Positions 12,549-26,260 are shown, counted from the whole stretch's first letter. The stretch is 63,461 nt of DNA, filler included, from Choristocarpus tenellus KU-1152 (GCA_964200185.2; 13 parts of 13 records of this genome joined end to end with filler, not necessarily neighbours in it), one strand, 5' to 3'. Made by a program: numbers and translations. Notes: generated by a model from the sequence alone, not told the origin.

Positions 12549-12731
12549 GCCTCATGTCATTTTTGCCATACTTTACCATACAACAAAGTATGGCAAAAGT
12601 TACAGCGGTCCACATACCAACTTATTTGAAGCTACACGCCTCATGTCATTTTTGCCATACTATACCGCACAACAAAGTATGGCAAATGTTGCGGCGGTCC
12701 ACATACCAACTTATTTCAAGCCACACGCCTC
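12549..12731. repeat. 89-bp direct duplication, each unit containing a palindrome
   Basis: Units start at 12549 and 12638; ttttgccatacttt-N10-aaagtatggcaaaa is a perfect 14-bp stem in unit 1. Confidence 0.9.
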
Positions 12732-13380
12732 CAATCCATCGTCCTTGATGTTCCAAAAACTCAAGCGCAATCTCATATCCCCTGTAGAGAAAAAGGCACA
12801 TGCAATGGTATGTGCATCTGGGGATATGTATAGACCGATACCACTTGAAATGTTCAGTAACCCTTCCACCACAAAACCCATCCTACATAATAGTTTACCA
12901 TTCGACAGAACACGTCAATTGCAGTACATATATATGCCAATATAATCTAGGGCGACACCCACCAAGCATTTGTCAACTGTTTCCCAAAAAAATCAGATCA
13001 AAACACACACTCTACCACCGTTCGATAAACTACTTCAATTAACTTCGTCCTACATGCTTCATGGGATTTATTCATGTTCTTGGCATCACCATATGGGAGA
13101 ACAACAGCACTGCCATGCCCCACGATTCGGTAACATCTCATGATTCCACTCAGGGTATGCACTACTTGGACCCGCATACGACCTAGAGAGTTTGGTTCCC
13201 GGATGCACTGTGCCAACAGCACGCTCAGAGGTACTCCACACTAGCAATTGTCATCGTTACAAGTACTGCATATATCCACCCTTGACACTCTATGGATTAA
13301 TCATTATAACATGTTTATCCTCGACCAACAAAACTTCAACGTAATACTACGTATACATGGTGCAACCGATGCGACAACAG

Positions 13381-13518
13381 GACACAGATTGGGACAGATG
13401 AGGATGTCTATGCCAACTTCAGGGAGAGATTCGAACAGGAGGGGACGTCAGGACCAATACCCTGTCTGTCGACATTCGTGAAGTGGAGACCGTTCTACAT
13501 CGCAAAGGCCACGCCAAG
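13381..13518 (+). CDS. Putative exon of a Sola-like transposase N-terminal region
   Basis: caacag|...ag|gt boundaries; translates TQIGTDEDVYANFRERFEQEGTSGPIPCLSTFVKWRPFYIAKATPR, resembling the T..E.Y..F....S.F...RPFY(V/I) segment that precedes the CxCxxH motif in Sola2-type transposases (from recall). Confidence 0.5.
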
Positions 13519-13738
13519 GTGTGTGCGGAAATAGTCTTTCCATTTTGGGGACACACGCTACAGTGATGTTTGGGTAAGTATATGTTTCCTAACCGCCACA
13601 GGGTACCCAGTCACATACCGCATCATCCGTCTCCACACNNNNNNNNNNNNNNNNNNNNNNNNNNNNNNNNNNNNNNNNNNNNTTAATTAATTAANNNNNN
13701 NNNNNNNNNNNNNNNNNNNNNNNNNNNNNNNNNNNNNN

Positions 13739-14985
13739 TGACCACCCCTCCTTCCCCACCTTTGATGAGTTCCTTCATCGTAAACATCACTCCTGTGGCG
13801 AGTGTTGATACTTGGTTGATACCTCCCCCCTCCAGCAAGCATTGACTCGTCCCTCAACTCTACGAAGGCAAGGAGAAATGGTACACCTGCCATGTCGGTT
13901 AGTATAACAAGGGAGTCGCGTTTGAACACGCTAAGTCCTCCGGAACCCTTTTTCCCTCCCAGGTATTGTTCTATTTCCTGTGGCTTCATGCGACCACAAC
14001 GGTGATCCATGGGCCAATCAAAGTGCATCATTAGAACTTTTCTACCCTGCCTGGTTTGGGTGACCGCACCACGTTTCACTCTCCTTAGGATCAAAGGTGG
14101 TCGTCCTCCTCGGCTTTTGGCATTCCCTCGTCCTTGGTTGGGCAGACCTTCAATAGCGTCCTTGATAGAGGAGACCATGTCGTGTCGGAGTAGGCGGAAC
14201 TGTCGATCAAGGTGAGGCCAGTCGTCGCTTGGAGTGGGTAAGAAGGGACGCTTTGTGCACCTCAACTCCTCTAGGCTGGGAACAATGCTCACAGACCGGA
14301 AGTCGATGCTATCATTGTCGTGTCTACCTCCAGGTAGACTCTCCCTGGTAGCCTCCAGAGATCCGCCATGCATCTCGACCCCACTTGCTCCAACAATATT
14401 CAGCCCCCCTGATTTAACCTGTTGTTCTCTTGTCATATTCTCCACTGGCCCAGTAATGACCCTAAAAAGCTCCTCCGCCTTTGTCCTCACTATTGGAGAT
14501 AGACTTCTTGTGAGTCGCTTTGTTATGTTAATGAGGGTATCACTCGACCGTGCTTCCGTGCCTGCCTCTCCAAGATCCAGGAGCAGACGCCCAATGAACC
14601 AGATAATGGTCATCTCATCACTGATATCGTCGCACCTAATACCATCAAGCATAGTGTCAGCCAGTCCAGGGGTACGCCACAACTCAAGGAGTACCTTTTG
14701 CTGGGCGTGGCAGGAAGTACCCCTAGACAAGACGTCTTGACCAAGCCACCGTAAGAATTTCACAAGAACGTCTTCAAGAGCGGTATTAGCAAAGGCAAGG
14801 ACGCTTCGAAGGAGAAATGGGTCTTTGGGCATACTCAACGAGTACAACACGGACATTGGGTCGTCGTGGTCGCAAACTCCCCTCACGAACTTGATTGCTG
14901 TTGTCCTGTCTATGTTTACCGTTGAAGAGACATTGTTTGCCTTCAGCAACTTATCCACAAATCTTCGATGCGGCTGAGAGTTCAT
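13739..14985 (-). CDS. ZNFX1/NFX1-type SF1 (Upf1-like) RNA helicase, N-terminal part; truncated at contig end
   Basis: Uninterrupted ORF (open to 15105) containing GRHDNDSIDFRSVSIVPSLEEL...PFLP...HLDRQFRLLRHDM, the signature found upstream of the helicase core in ZNFX1-like proteins. The start codon is uncertain (14985 or 15105). Confidence 0.85.
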
Positions 14986-16409
14986 CGTCTTCCTTTTGTC
15001 CAAGTTGTACCCCTCCCTCTTGCACTTGCTATGAAGGAGGCATCTAGACTTTGGAGGGTGCGGTAACGTTACAGCAACCACAGCCTTTTTGGTACCTTCA
15101 TACATCCCTCAAACTACAATTAATTTGATCATGGCATCATCCAGGGATGTCGTATAGAGCAAATATCATGTCATATCATCTCTTATTTTCTATTAGACGT
15201 AATTAAATGTACAGTTTACTGTATGGAGTTCATTTAAATCGTAGGAGAACATACAAAATGGAGATGGAGAAAGTTTTGTTGTGATTAGAGGTGATCAAAT
15301 GGGATGTATGTGTAAGATCTTGCTATTTTATGTTTCCCTTCTACCACCAACCTATACTTTGTACAAATATATTTGGCAAATGGAATTGGCATGGGTAGCG
15401 ATGGATTTAATTCCGATGATATTTGATCTGTATATGATGTACATTGAGATATTTGAAGACACAAAGTATTCTGATGGTGATGTAAAGGTCAAACAGAAAG
15501 ATCTTACTCATGTGTCTCATAGGTTTCTCTAAGAATTCGAATTAGTATCTCTGACACTGGATCTATATATCTATATTTCTACTTATTATATTGCAGTTTT
15601 TGGGAATACTTTTCTTCTCAAGAAAACAGTAAGATACTATGGTTTATGGGGGATGTATGTACCCAACTTTATGGAGATACCCTCACTCATACTAACTACA
15701 CTAACTCTGACTCTAAATCTAACTATCCCAAAAAATAGAGGATAATTGAAGGATTTGTATACTGTGAACATTGAGGTTGAAAACATAAATGATACGTGTT
15801 ATGTCCGAAACACTTCCCAATTTTGAGGTAAGCAACAGTAGTCCAACACACATTTCCAGGCATCATACTTCCTATGTTGTTACATTCCTCAGCATTTCGT
15901 CCAGAGGCTCAAATCATACAGGAGTTATATGTAGTAAATGCTCTGCCAGACCACCGTGCTCTCATCGCCACTTTTGTCAAAGGAGTCGGCGATGGATAAA
16001 TGTTCTTTGGCAGTCTTGCACTGTTTGCCTCTCTATTTATGTATGGTTCGCCAAGAGAAATATCCCCTTCTCAAGAATTACTCTCAACATTCAGAAAAAC
16101 AGGTTACCATAACTGTTTAGGGATATATCCTATGAAGATGCACTCCTGCGTCCTCCACCTCCTACAACTAAAATGGACTACTACCAACTTTCTATGGCCA
16201 GGATGGGGTACTGCAAGGCACAAATACTGAGATTGGGTAATAGAGGAATGCTGTGCAGGGAACAGGTCTTTCTCAAAATTGAGGATGGTGCAGGACTATG
16301 AGGATGGTTNNNNNNNNNNNNNNNNNNNNNNNNNNNNNNNNNNNNNNNNNNNNTTAATTAATTAANNNNNNNNNNNNNNNNNNNNNNNNNNNNNNNNNNN
16401 NNNNNNNNN

Positions 16410-19400
16410 CATGCACTTGATTCTGTGTCCACAACCCTTAGCCCTTGGCCTACAAGGACATCTGCCCACTCCCTTCTGAGGCCATCCCTCTTTTCAGCAG
16501 ACACAGCCCGGGACTTTTGGAGGGTTTCCTCAATGGCAACCCATGCAAGATAGGTCGGTCCAAGGGCGAGGGGGATAAGCCCCCACCCTCCAAAGAACAG
16601 ATGGGAGATCAACAGCAACATGGTAAAGAACGCCGCCAAGGAGAGCAGGAAAGCCTTCTGCAGCGCATCCCCAATCTGACCGACCACCTCCTACAGTTGT
16701 ACATAAGTGGAGGGGAGGATTGATGGGGTTTGTACGGGAGAAGGTGGGGGTTGGTGTATTGAGAGAGGAATCTGGGACATTGTGATGTCATGCTAAGGGC
16801 AGGGGTTTAGAGGGAATAATGTCCTTCATTTTAATGGTTAGTCAAGTTGATCACCACACATGACAAAAACAGGGCATTAACCTAATCATTGATCTCCCAT
16901 CCTTCCACGACTATTCAGTGCCATGGTAGCTCTCTAGGGTCAGGAATGGATCTGAAATACACCACATTGTACCAGTATGTCTCTAACCCTAACCCTAACC
17001 CTAAGTACATTATACCTTCAAATCTCTCTATAAATCAGACACAAGCTTCATACGTGCTGCATTTTATTTCATGGTACATACAGCCACAAGATGAAGGTTC
17101 AGAGTTTGATACTAAAACCTATTGTGCCATGTTTAGGATGCCATTCAAGATTGAAAAGGGGAGGGGAAGAGGGATAACGCCATTGCAATACTACTACTCA
17201 TTTCAACAAAACTTTCCAGTGGACTGATACGTGAATCAGAGGCAGCCCTCTCATAAGAAAACAGTCCCCAACCTATGTACCTATGTACCTATCTAAGAGG
17301 ATAGCAATTATCATTGCAGGTCTACCCGGTTAGAAACACTGCAGCAAAAACCCATTGCATCTGTTTCTCATGGTTAGAGTTAAGGTTGGGGAAATTCTAC
17401 AGGGATAGTCCATACCTTAACCCTACCATCAAAAATCTCTGCCTGACCATTGTTAACCATGCAGACATTGCAAAATTGTACATTAATATAAAAATTATCT
17501 AACCATGTGGTGGTGACCATGGGTACTTTTCACTATACCCTACCTACCCCACCATCCAGATAGTATCCTAATACAATGACCACCCTAGAGTAATCCAGTA
17601 GTTCTATTCGTTCTATTAATAATAATAATAATACTGTGACTGTAGTGAGATAGTCATACCCGTGCCTTTCAGTACTACACTTACAGATAGTAAATATTAA
17701 AAAAATATAAACATGACAATTATGTAAACTACTCCATATATTACTCTGCCAACTAACATTTTGCAGATACTTATTAATAGTATAATACTACTTCTGTTCA
17801 GCACGAAATCTTATTTTAGAAAATAGAAAACTATGGGTCCCTATTATATTTAAAACACTGTTCTTTAGCACTAAGATAGCTACAGACCTACTCTATACCT
17901 TTACTTGTTAGCTCCCACCACTATGTTCAAGGTATGACTTTAATTGTTCGAAGTAGAAGAGAAGCCCCTTCAGTCCCATCGATACATGGCTTGTGACCTC
18001 TCCTCAAAGGTAGTGTGTGCCTCACGCACTCTACCGCACCAGCTGTCTAGCTACATAGCTACCTACTACTATTGCCTGCCTTGATTGTATTACTTTGATG
18101 ATACTACCTTGATCACCCATGTCCTAGCATGTCCCTCCCTCCCATTCTCCAGTTTGCCTTCCTCATTGATGCCATCATCACCCACAAACCATACCATACC
18201 ATACCATACCATACCATACCATAACATAAACAAACATACCAAGCAACTGAATGGCTGACGTCTCCAAACCCAAATCCTTCACAGGCAGACATCATCAGGC
18301 AGATTGAAAGCTATGGAGATTTGAGATAGGTGGGGGGGTAATTGCCAAGTTATTGATAGTGGATAGTGATTTATTGATAGTGGATAGTGACTTATTGATA
18401 GTGGATAGTGACTTGTTGATAGTGGATACTGACTTGTTGATAGTGGATAGTGACCAGTAGAAGAAGAAGAAAAACAAAGATGACAGTGAAGACATTTTAA
18501 AATTACAGGCAAAAATAAGAGGCTTAGGGCTAGTAATAATACTAATAGTAATATTTATTATTCCGACTACAATATTATCATTATTACGGTTGTTACTATC
18601 ATTATTAGGATAATATTATCATTATTTGGATAATAGGGATTGGGAATCACAAAAAGAAAAAGAGACCCACCCCTCCAGCCTCACCTTGCTTCCATCAAGC
18701 ACCTTCCCCCCATCAAGAACATCCTTCCCCAGCCTCACCTTCCCTCTTGATCCTCTTGGTCGTGATTCTTCTACCTCCTGGTACAGTGCAACAGTCATGA
18801 GGTAAAGGGGTACAGAGCACCAACGCCTATCATGAAGGTTGTGCTCCAAAGTGCAATACTTGGTACAACAGCACATAGTACAACATATAGTACTTAGTGC
18901 AGCACACATTTAGAGATAGGCATGGGATCAGTTTCCCCTGGGGAATTCACAAAGGAGGGATAAGGAAGGGGTAAAGAGAGCTACATTGTGAGGGGTATAA
19001 TATCTGGCTTTTTATAATGTTCTCTCAATCATTCATAGAAGTGACTGCCGTTGACTAAACCTCAACAAGGCTAAGGTGGCGCATGAGCTACTCAAAACAA
19101 TAGTGAACAAACAGAACAGTCCTTTCCAGCTTCAAGGGTGTGTGTGCAGTGTTAGGGCTTGTTTGAATCAGCACACATGCCATTGCAACACCTGACTACA
19201 ACAACTAGAAAAGAGGAAACCTGCAAGGGAAATGATCTAAGGATGGCATGTTCAGAGGTACCTTGAACATTAAAAAAATGAAAGAGGCCAGTCTATTAAT
19301 ACAACAACAGAACAGAATTAAAACAAGAATTAAACACTACAGGGCATAACCCATGCCTCCCCACCCCATCGCACACCTTCCGTTGATACCTGTCTACCAT

Positions 19401-22197
19401 CTGCATTGCCTACTAATCTATTGACATTAACATTAATACGTGATCCATTTGAAGACCTTCATTGCATACTCTGGTGCAGCTCTTTCAAATTTCCTTCAGC
19501 TTCATCACACTCCTTTACAACAATCAACAATCAAAAATCCACCCTTCTCCACCATGCCCTCTATACAAATAATCACCGGTGGCAATGTCCCCAAATACTG
19601 CCTGTTGAATAGATATTCAATATTCAATATTCAATATTCAAAATATCACTTTACATCTGTGCAATACACTCACCCTCACCCCCCTCACCCCCCCCCCCCC
19701 CCCCCTGCATATATATCCCCNNNNNNNNCTCACCCCCCTCACCCCCACCCCTCCCCTCATGCATATATATCCCATACACACACCCTGCACAATGCAGTAT
19801 AAGTACCTGAAAGACAGTGGCTTCAGTCAACTCTTGTCCTATGCTCCAATCCAATTGGCCACCGTCACTCCAATCAAGACCTCCACCTGCCAGTGTTGGG
19901 AAGATGTACAGGATGTCACCCTCCTCTGTTACCTAGGGGAAAGGGGAGGCAACAGAACCGTGGGTTGGGTGCATTGATATGGGGTTTCCAGCATTATGGG
20001 GAGGGATCAACCCCTGGGTACAGGAGCAGGGTTTGGAATGTCAGTTACAGGATGGGTGATGACTAACTGGAAATGTTGAAGAATAAAATAATGCAACCAA
20101 AATCTGCCACGATTTTGGGGGGGGGGGATTTTGTGCACCCGATGAAGTTGAGTGTATAATGCAGGTGAAATAACATGGAAGTTTGTGCAAAGGTATGATA
20201 CCAGCATCAAGGTAGTGACAAAATGGACAAGGTGGTTGATTGATAGTTATAGAGAGTACAGTATGACAGTTGTACAGTGATAGGAGAGGAGTATAGTATG
20301 ACCATAGCAAATCTCATAGCAATTGGAGGTGTAATCAAGCAAGCCCTACCTACATTATGCTACATCCCTCCCTTCAACTTAGTCAGCACTGCTTTTTACT
20401 CAGGGAGGAAATCAATCATCTTTAACATTGCATATGAGGGAGCTACATCTCCTCTCACACCCCACACTCCATATGCATCAATCTGTATCAACATGTACCA
20501 ATATGTGGCACAAATCAAGGACAACTGTAGTACTTGTATAGCGTTGTCATATGGTCCATGCATAAGAATAATCGCAATAATCCATCCACCACACATTAGG
20601 TTATTCCAAAAGATAAATATAATACGCACCAACCAAAGTACACTATCACTAGAAAGCTCCAAATCAACCAAACAACATGAACAGATGACAGATACTCCAG
20701 AGCAAGCTATTGTTTTTGCATGATTTGCTTTTCAGAGGTTATTCTAACCCAAGCAGACAACCATTTGTCATTTTTCTTACCTGGCCCAAATTTATCTGGA
20801 AACCTGATATTAGTTAGCTCAGATTCTGATCAAGGTCGTCAACACAGAGAATGCCAAAAAATAAAATTCAGTTTTCTTGAAGTATTGGTGGAGAAAAAGT
20901 CAAAAGGCATCACGGTTCAGTCCACTGGAAGGCCCATGGTGTTTGGTTTTAATACAGCTAACTAGACCACCAATCTCCTATTTGAGAATAATTTTGGAAA
21001 GATAAAAAAACCTAAATCTATGATGCCACATATATTTCAAATTCTTGGAAAAAAAATATTCTTTTGAAAATGAGGTTCAAAGCTATCAGTTTAAAAATAC
21101 AGCTCTGAGCCACTCTCAGCTGCTCTGTAGCGACCTGTGGTGAGAATATTTGGTGCTCAGAGCTTAAGGGTGGATTCTGTGCGGTCCAATCTATGCATCC
21201 TTGTAGCTGTGGTCCATGCAGTATAACATTATCAATCACTTATGATATTGTAAATACTAATAATCACATCAACTGAAGTACATATCCCATCAGACATCTG
21301 GTGTCAATTATAATCCACGTTGCATCAACTCAGGCAACATGATGTATTTCAGGACATTGTACCCCAAAATGTCATTTATTTTCTCATTACAGTATTGCTT
21401 TTCCACAATGGAATTTGAATCCTCGTTACAGCCACCATCATGATTCTTGTTTCACCTTCCAATTCCAACACCATTACAAGCCCTTGACCAGCATACTTCT
21501 TGTGACTATTGTGTTGCATGAACCATAGTCAGCAGGGAGAATTGAACCATGTTGCAGAGAAACAACTCACAGCTCACAGACAAAGCCTACAAGTCAGACC
21601 ACTCAGACAAAATATAGACAAAATATAGACAAAATGAGATGAGTCCAGTGCGATAATAACGGAATGCAATGGAAGCAGTGAGGTATTGTACTATACCAGA
21701 CAATGCAATAGCCATACTAACATGCAATTGTTTCATCTACTGCCCAATGATGAGGAAAACATGCATAGGTATGCAAACGCTACTATTGTTATAATAATAA
21801 TGTGCTCTGGTAGTTCTTTGTGCTGTACTTGCAACTTATATTAACAGTAAAATAGTAAAATAGTAGTGACATGTACTATTCACACGGTGTACCCTAGAGC
21901 AGTACACCATTTCATTCAGAATCATATGCTCTTTCTAGTCCAGCAAACCCGTCAACATGCTGATCGTCCCTATCTCTACTGCAACGGGTAAGTTCTCCTT
22001 CCCTCTATCACATACATCTCAAAGCGTACAATACATAGTTCATACCTCACCTCCTGAACTCCCTCGAGTTCCGTGAGGAGCGGAACCACAAAGGCCTCAT
22101 CTGCATCAGAACATCCATCTGGTTGGGGAGGCCTGGAGGGGGTAAGAACAGGAGCCAGCTGCTCTATGAAGACAACGCCAGAACTCCGACGGATTAT
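16410..22197 (-). CDS. At5g03900-like plastid/cyanobacterial-type membrane protein, C-terminal exons (partial)
   Basis: Phase-0 GT-AG exons 22197-22051 (IIRRSSGVVFIEQLAPVL...DEAFVVPLLTELEGVQE), 19932-19807 (VTEEGDILYIFPTL...), 18777-18739 and 16690-16410 (two TM segments). The joined sequence matches the family pattern GGVV..EELAPYL...DESY.LPVL..F.G.PEV.E.G.ILY.FP.L. Confidence 0.8.
18352..18452. repeat. 21-bp minisatellite, about 4.5 copies (intronic)
   Basis: ttattgatagtggatagtgac repeated. Confidence 0.9.
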
Positions 22198-24050
22198 CTG
22201 CTCGCATGTGTTATGGTGGGAGGGTGATCAAAATAGGAACTCGCGGATGCGCTCCCTGCATGAAGTTAGGGTAAAGTGGGAGTATAATCGTGTATGCGTC
22301 TGTGTCTGTGTGCCTCCATGCACCTGTGTCTGCGTCTATAGTGAATGTTTGTATGATTGATTCAAGGCCTTCCAGAATAGCAATGACAACAGCTCCTTTG
22401 GAACCAGCATATCGAACCTGGCGGTGATCAGCTTTGACCACGACAGTGAGAAGTTCACAAGTATCTACTCTGTCCAGTGATGAATCGTCAAGTCCTAGAG
22501 GATCCAGGAACTCAACTCTTACATAATTATCCACCCACGCATGCAAAGGACGTAACAAATTGATACTAACCACAGTTTTGCAAGTATGGCGATATAGTAA
22601 AAACCTAAGGAAATCCTCTCCCTCCACAGCACAAAATAACTCTCCCTCCGTCCTGACTTCACCTCGGTCGCCATAGACACTTGCCGCGTCCACAGAATTC
22701 CCTCTGGATCCCATGGTCCCCACAACAGCGACTTGGCCAGCGAGGGCATGCCAACGTCAGCCTCGAAATTGACTTTCAACTTCACCCCACTGCACATCAT
22801 TTGTCCACCACTAGGAATCATGGCAATGATCCTTGGACGTAAGCTCAGCCTGCATTTTTTTAGAGGTTAACAGGAGAGTAAGCAGAAACGCCGCTAGCAT
22901 CATCCACCAAGTCAACAATGTTCGGAGGAGGGTTGAAAGGTGGAACTACAGAACACGCAAGGTGGTGTTGCCTTTTGCCTCTAGATGCAAGGCAAAAATC
23001 TCGAACCTTGGGTACGGAAGCTGGCATAAGCGCGATGACAGTTCCCAGGAAATTTTCTGGCAGGGAGGTAAAAAGGCCGCAGTCGAGGCTTGATGAGGGT
23101 GGATGCCACCATCACAAAGCATCATGACCAAAATTCAAACAAATTGCACCATTTTGAAGCAAGTCCTTTCAAACACGTCAACACTGTACCCTTTTGTGAC
23201 AATTCCATATAGAGTACAACAAATACTGGTATTCTGTACTACTATAGAACAGTACTAATACTAGTAGTAGTACTACGTAAACACTGCATTTTTGACATCG
23301 CCACCTCCTCCTTACCGTTTTAGAACACTTATTATAGTGATGTGTGGTGACCATATGTACACTCAGTAAAAGGACACCCTCCCGTAGACGAGTGAGAGTA
23401 ACGGGTTCCTCATAATAAAGAATAGGTCCTGTTGGACATTTCAATGCCAGGAATCGGTCAAGCATAACCCTACCAAAGAAAAAACCGAGACCTCTTCCGT
23501 GCGTTAGTTGATGCAATCAGATAGGCGGACACAACTTCGTACAACGTATTGACGCCAATGTCTACAACACGACTTCACCCCTCCATACCTTCAACAACTT
23601 ATTGTTGCGACTACGCACGTCACTGTTGGTAATAATGACTTTAAAACATGCATTTTGATATTATTAGCAAACGAAAATGACGTTGCAGGTAATCTGTCAC
23701 AAATTGCCAATGTAGTATTGTGTTAGAGTGTCCAGTAAATTAGAGTGAGATATTGTTACGCCTACCCACAAAAATGTGTTACGAGTGTTTAAATAGTAAT
23801 GAAAACAAATCTAGAAACGGTTAAATAGTATTAGTATTATTAATGAAGTACATGAATGCTTCATATTGCCCATTTTATATTATTTATGCCCTCTGACATT
23901 TCGGAGGTGTGTAAGGGGAAAAGCCAATGAAAACCATTCAAATGTCATAATTACTCTTTTACTACCAGCTATGCTACACCGCTGCCCTCCTGTCTGTGCC
24001 TCCAACCTAGCTTAATCCTGCACCCCAGCATGAGGAGCCAGGGAAGCATC

Positions 24051-24105
24051 GGCTCAAAGTATCTGGGAGGGGNNNNNNNNNNCCCCCTCCCAGATACTTT
24101 GGGTC
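24051..24105. mobile_element. MITE (family B/C type) with collapsed interior (N gap), TSD ATC
   Basis: ggctcaaagtatctgggagggg-N10-cccctcccagatactttgggtc flanked by atc/atc. Confidence 0.85.
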
Positions 24106-24816
24106 ATCCCAAGAATCTAACAAGCCCCTCCTTCCCCATCTCCCTATTTTCTTAGCTTAAAACGCGTGACACGTCTAGATAGTAGGGCTAATAGTGTTGT
24201 TATTTATTGTTGTAGTAGTAATCATGATACATTAACAATAATGAGGCTGAGGCATCTGACCGCCGGGTACTCTTTCAACCAGTCAATTGCATGGGTAGGA
24301 TGGCCTGCAAAACTTGAATGTCTAACCTTTGGGCTCATATTTGACCAGCCACTGTGTGAGATCGACTGGGACCCAGGGCTCCATCCACTATATGTATTTG
24401 AGTCCGGCTTCAGCAACACAGCAATTGGAGAGTTGTAGTGTAGGCCATTAAAAAAAAAATCAACAAATTCAACAAACCAGTCAACAAAGAACTCCGTGTC
24501 AAAACTGCCCCAAGCAGAAGGTAATCAACGACTTTTTAGACTCCATGGACGAAGCACTTGTCCCTCCAACCGTAATCAAGATGATGTGAATTTTTTTGTT
24601 GTTGTACCTCTTTGTTGCATGTACATTGTGTTTCAATAGCATTGAAACGAGGAAGGTGCAGAGTATCCACAACACTTCCTGCGCCCCAAAATGGACACTC
24701 TACGCTTCAACTGAATGTACAACATGTTCCTGTTGCTTACAGGCAGTCTGGGTGGGCACACTGACAGTGTGTCTGTAGGGCTGTCGGGGTGTACAGGCAC
24801 ATTTTCTTGTTTTTTG

Positions 24817-25059
24817 GGGTCAAAGTAATCGAGAGGTACCCAGGTTTTGCCCATTTCGTCTTATGGGCCACTTCTTTTATCTTTTGCAAATCACCCTTAT
24901 CTCTGGATGAAGAGCTAACATTGACTTGAAAGCGTGGGTTTCTTTATTATTTGAAAGTTTTGGACGGAATTCAGAAAAGCAACCATACACATACGTACGA
25001 AAAGTCCATTTTTGAACTTTTATCAACATCCTTAATATGCAACCCGTGTACTTTGGGTC
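24817..25059 (+). mobile_element. MITE family D, 243 bp, 4-bp TSD TTTG
   Basis: Termini gggtcaaagta ... tactttgggtc; tttg at 24813-24816 and 25060-25063. Confidence 0.85.
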
Positions 25060-25667
25060 TTTGTAAACTTTAAAGGTGGTAATGAGAGCACGTTTAGTGT
25101 GAAGCACTTCCAACATGTTCGGAGGTGACCAGTTCCTTTTGAGGAAAGGTAGTCATGGAGTGAGGAAGCTCTGAGAGAGAGAGAGAGAGTAGTCTAAACA
25201 AAGAGGCACTTAAGAAAAAAAGGGCAAAATCTTAAGTATGGGCCGTTTATCTGAGTCTCCAAGCAGAGGGGCTGAAGTACTTGTAGAGTGTGCGAGGCCA
25301 AGGCTGGTAGGTACTTCATGAGATATATGTGCGAAGAGTTGAATGAGATTATTCACTTCAGTACAGACAATCACCACTAAAGGAGTCCCTATTCAGGTAG
25401 GTCAGAGACAGTCCCTCTTTGCTCAGTCTTGAGGATGCTTGCATGGTAAACACATAATGTGGGTTCCTGTGGCTGGTGCCTGCCATTTATCACTTAAGTC
25501 CACAATGCACTTGCTCTCACTTGGGTTGTTTTTCTGCACAACATCACAAGTAAATACAGTGTAAGCATACTCAGTAACAAAGAAACAGTATATGCGTATA
25601 TATCGAGTCTGCATTTCAGTCGTTGTACTTCTGGGATTGCTGAGACTTGCTTCTCAGTGTCTTCACT

Positions 25668-25855
25668 GAGCCTAAGGGAACGAAAGGTACCCAGATTTTG
25701 ACCGTTTAGCGTGTATTCCTCTAGTGTTTGAAACGTTTCTGAAACAATTCAGAAAAACTCTCTACCTATTTATACAAAAGCCAACTTTTGCACACATTTG
25801 TCAGCATACTGAAAATACAACTCTGGGCACCTCCAGTTTAGGTCTACTTTACTCC
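25668..25855 (+). mobile_element. MITE family D, degenerate copy
   Basis: aggtacccag...aattcagaaaa...caactctggg similar to 24817-25059 and 26000-26260. Confidence 0.55.
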
Positions 25856-25999
25856 TTCTCTATTACTTATGTTGTGGAGTAAACTACTTCGTAGATGTTC
25901 AAATAAACGTTATGCACACCCCTACCGTGCCCTTGCAACAAATTCGTTCATGGGTGGGTCGACAGAGGTCTGATCGATCCCCTACATCAATCATACACA

Positions 26000-26260
26000 G
26001 AACCAAAGTAAATGAGAGGTACCCAGTTGTTGGTTGGTTTGCAATTTAACCCAGTTTGCAATTCACCCATATTTCTATGGATAGAGTGCTAGCTTGACTT
26101 GAGAGGTTTTATTTATCTATTGTTGAAAAGATGTCGATATAATTAGGAAAATATCGTTCTACATGTACTACACACTTTTGTGAAAAAAACAAACGAATTT
26201 TTCACATATTTTCGGAGATTCTTAAATCCAACTCTGGGTAACTCTCGCTTACTTCGACTC
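26000..26260 (+). mobile_element. MITE family D, TSD ACA
   Basis: Imperfect TIRs gaaccaaagtaaatgagaggtaccc ... gggtaactctcgcttacttcgactc; aca on both flanks. Confidence 0.8.

Noticed and set aside
22211-23131. 170-aa ORF and neighbouring coding-like DNA as upstream exons of the At5g03900-like gene
   Set aside because: No family motif or consistent splice phase found; probably a decayed mobile element that I cannot assign.
25423-25614. SWIM-finger/MULE remnant (CIVDL...CLPCKH)
   Set aside because: The CxC half of the motif is missing; too weak to call.
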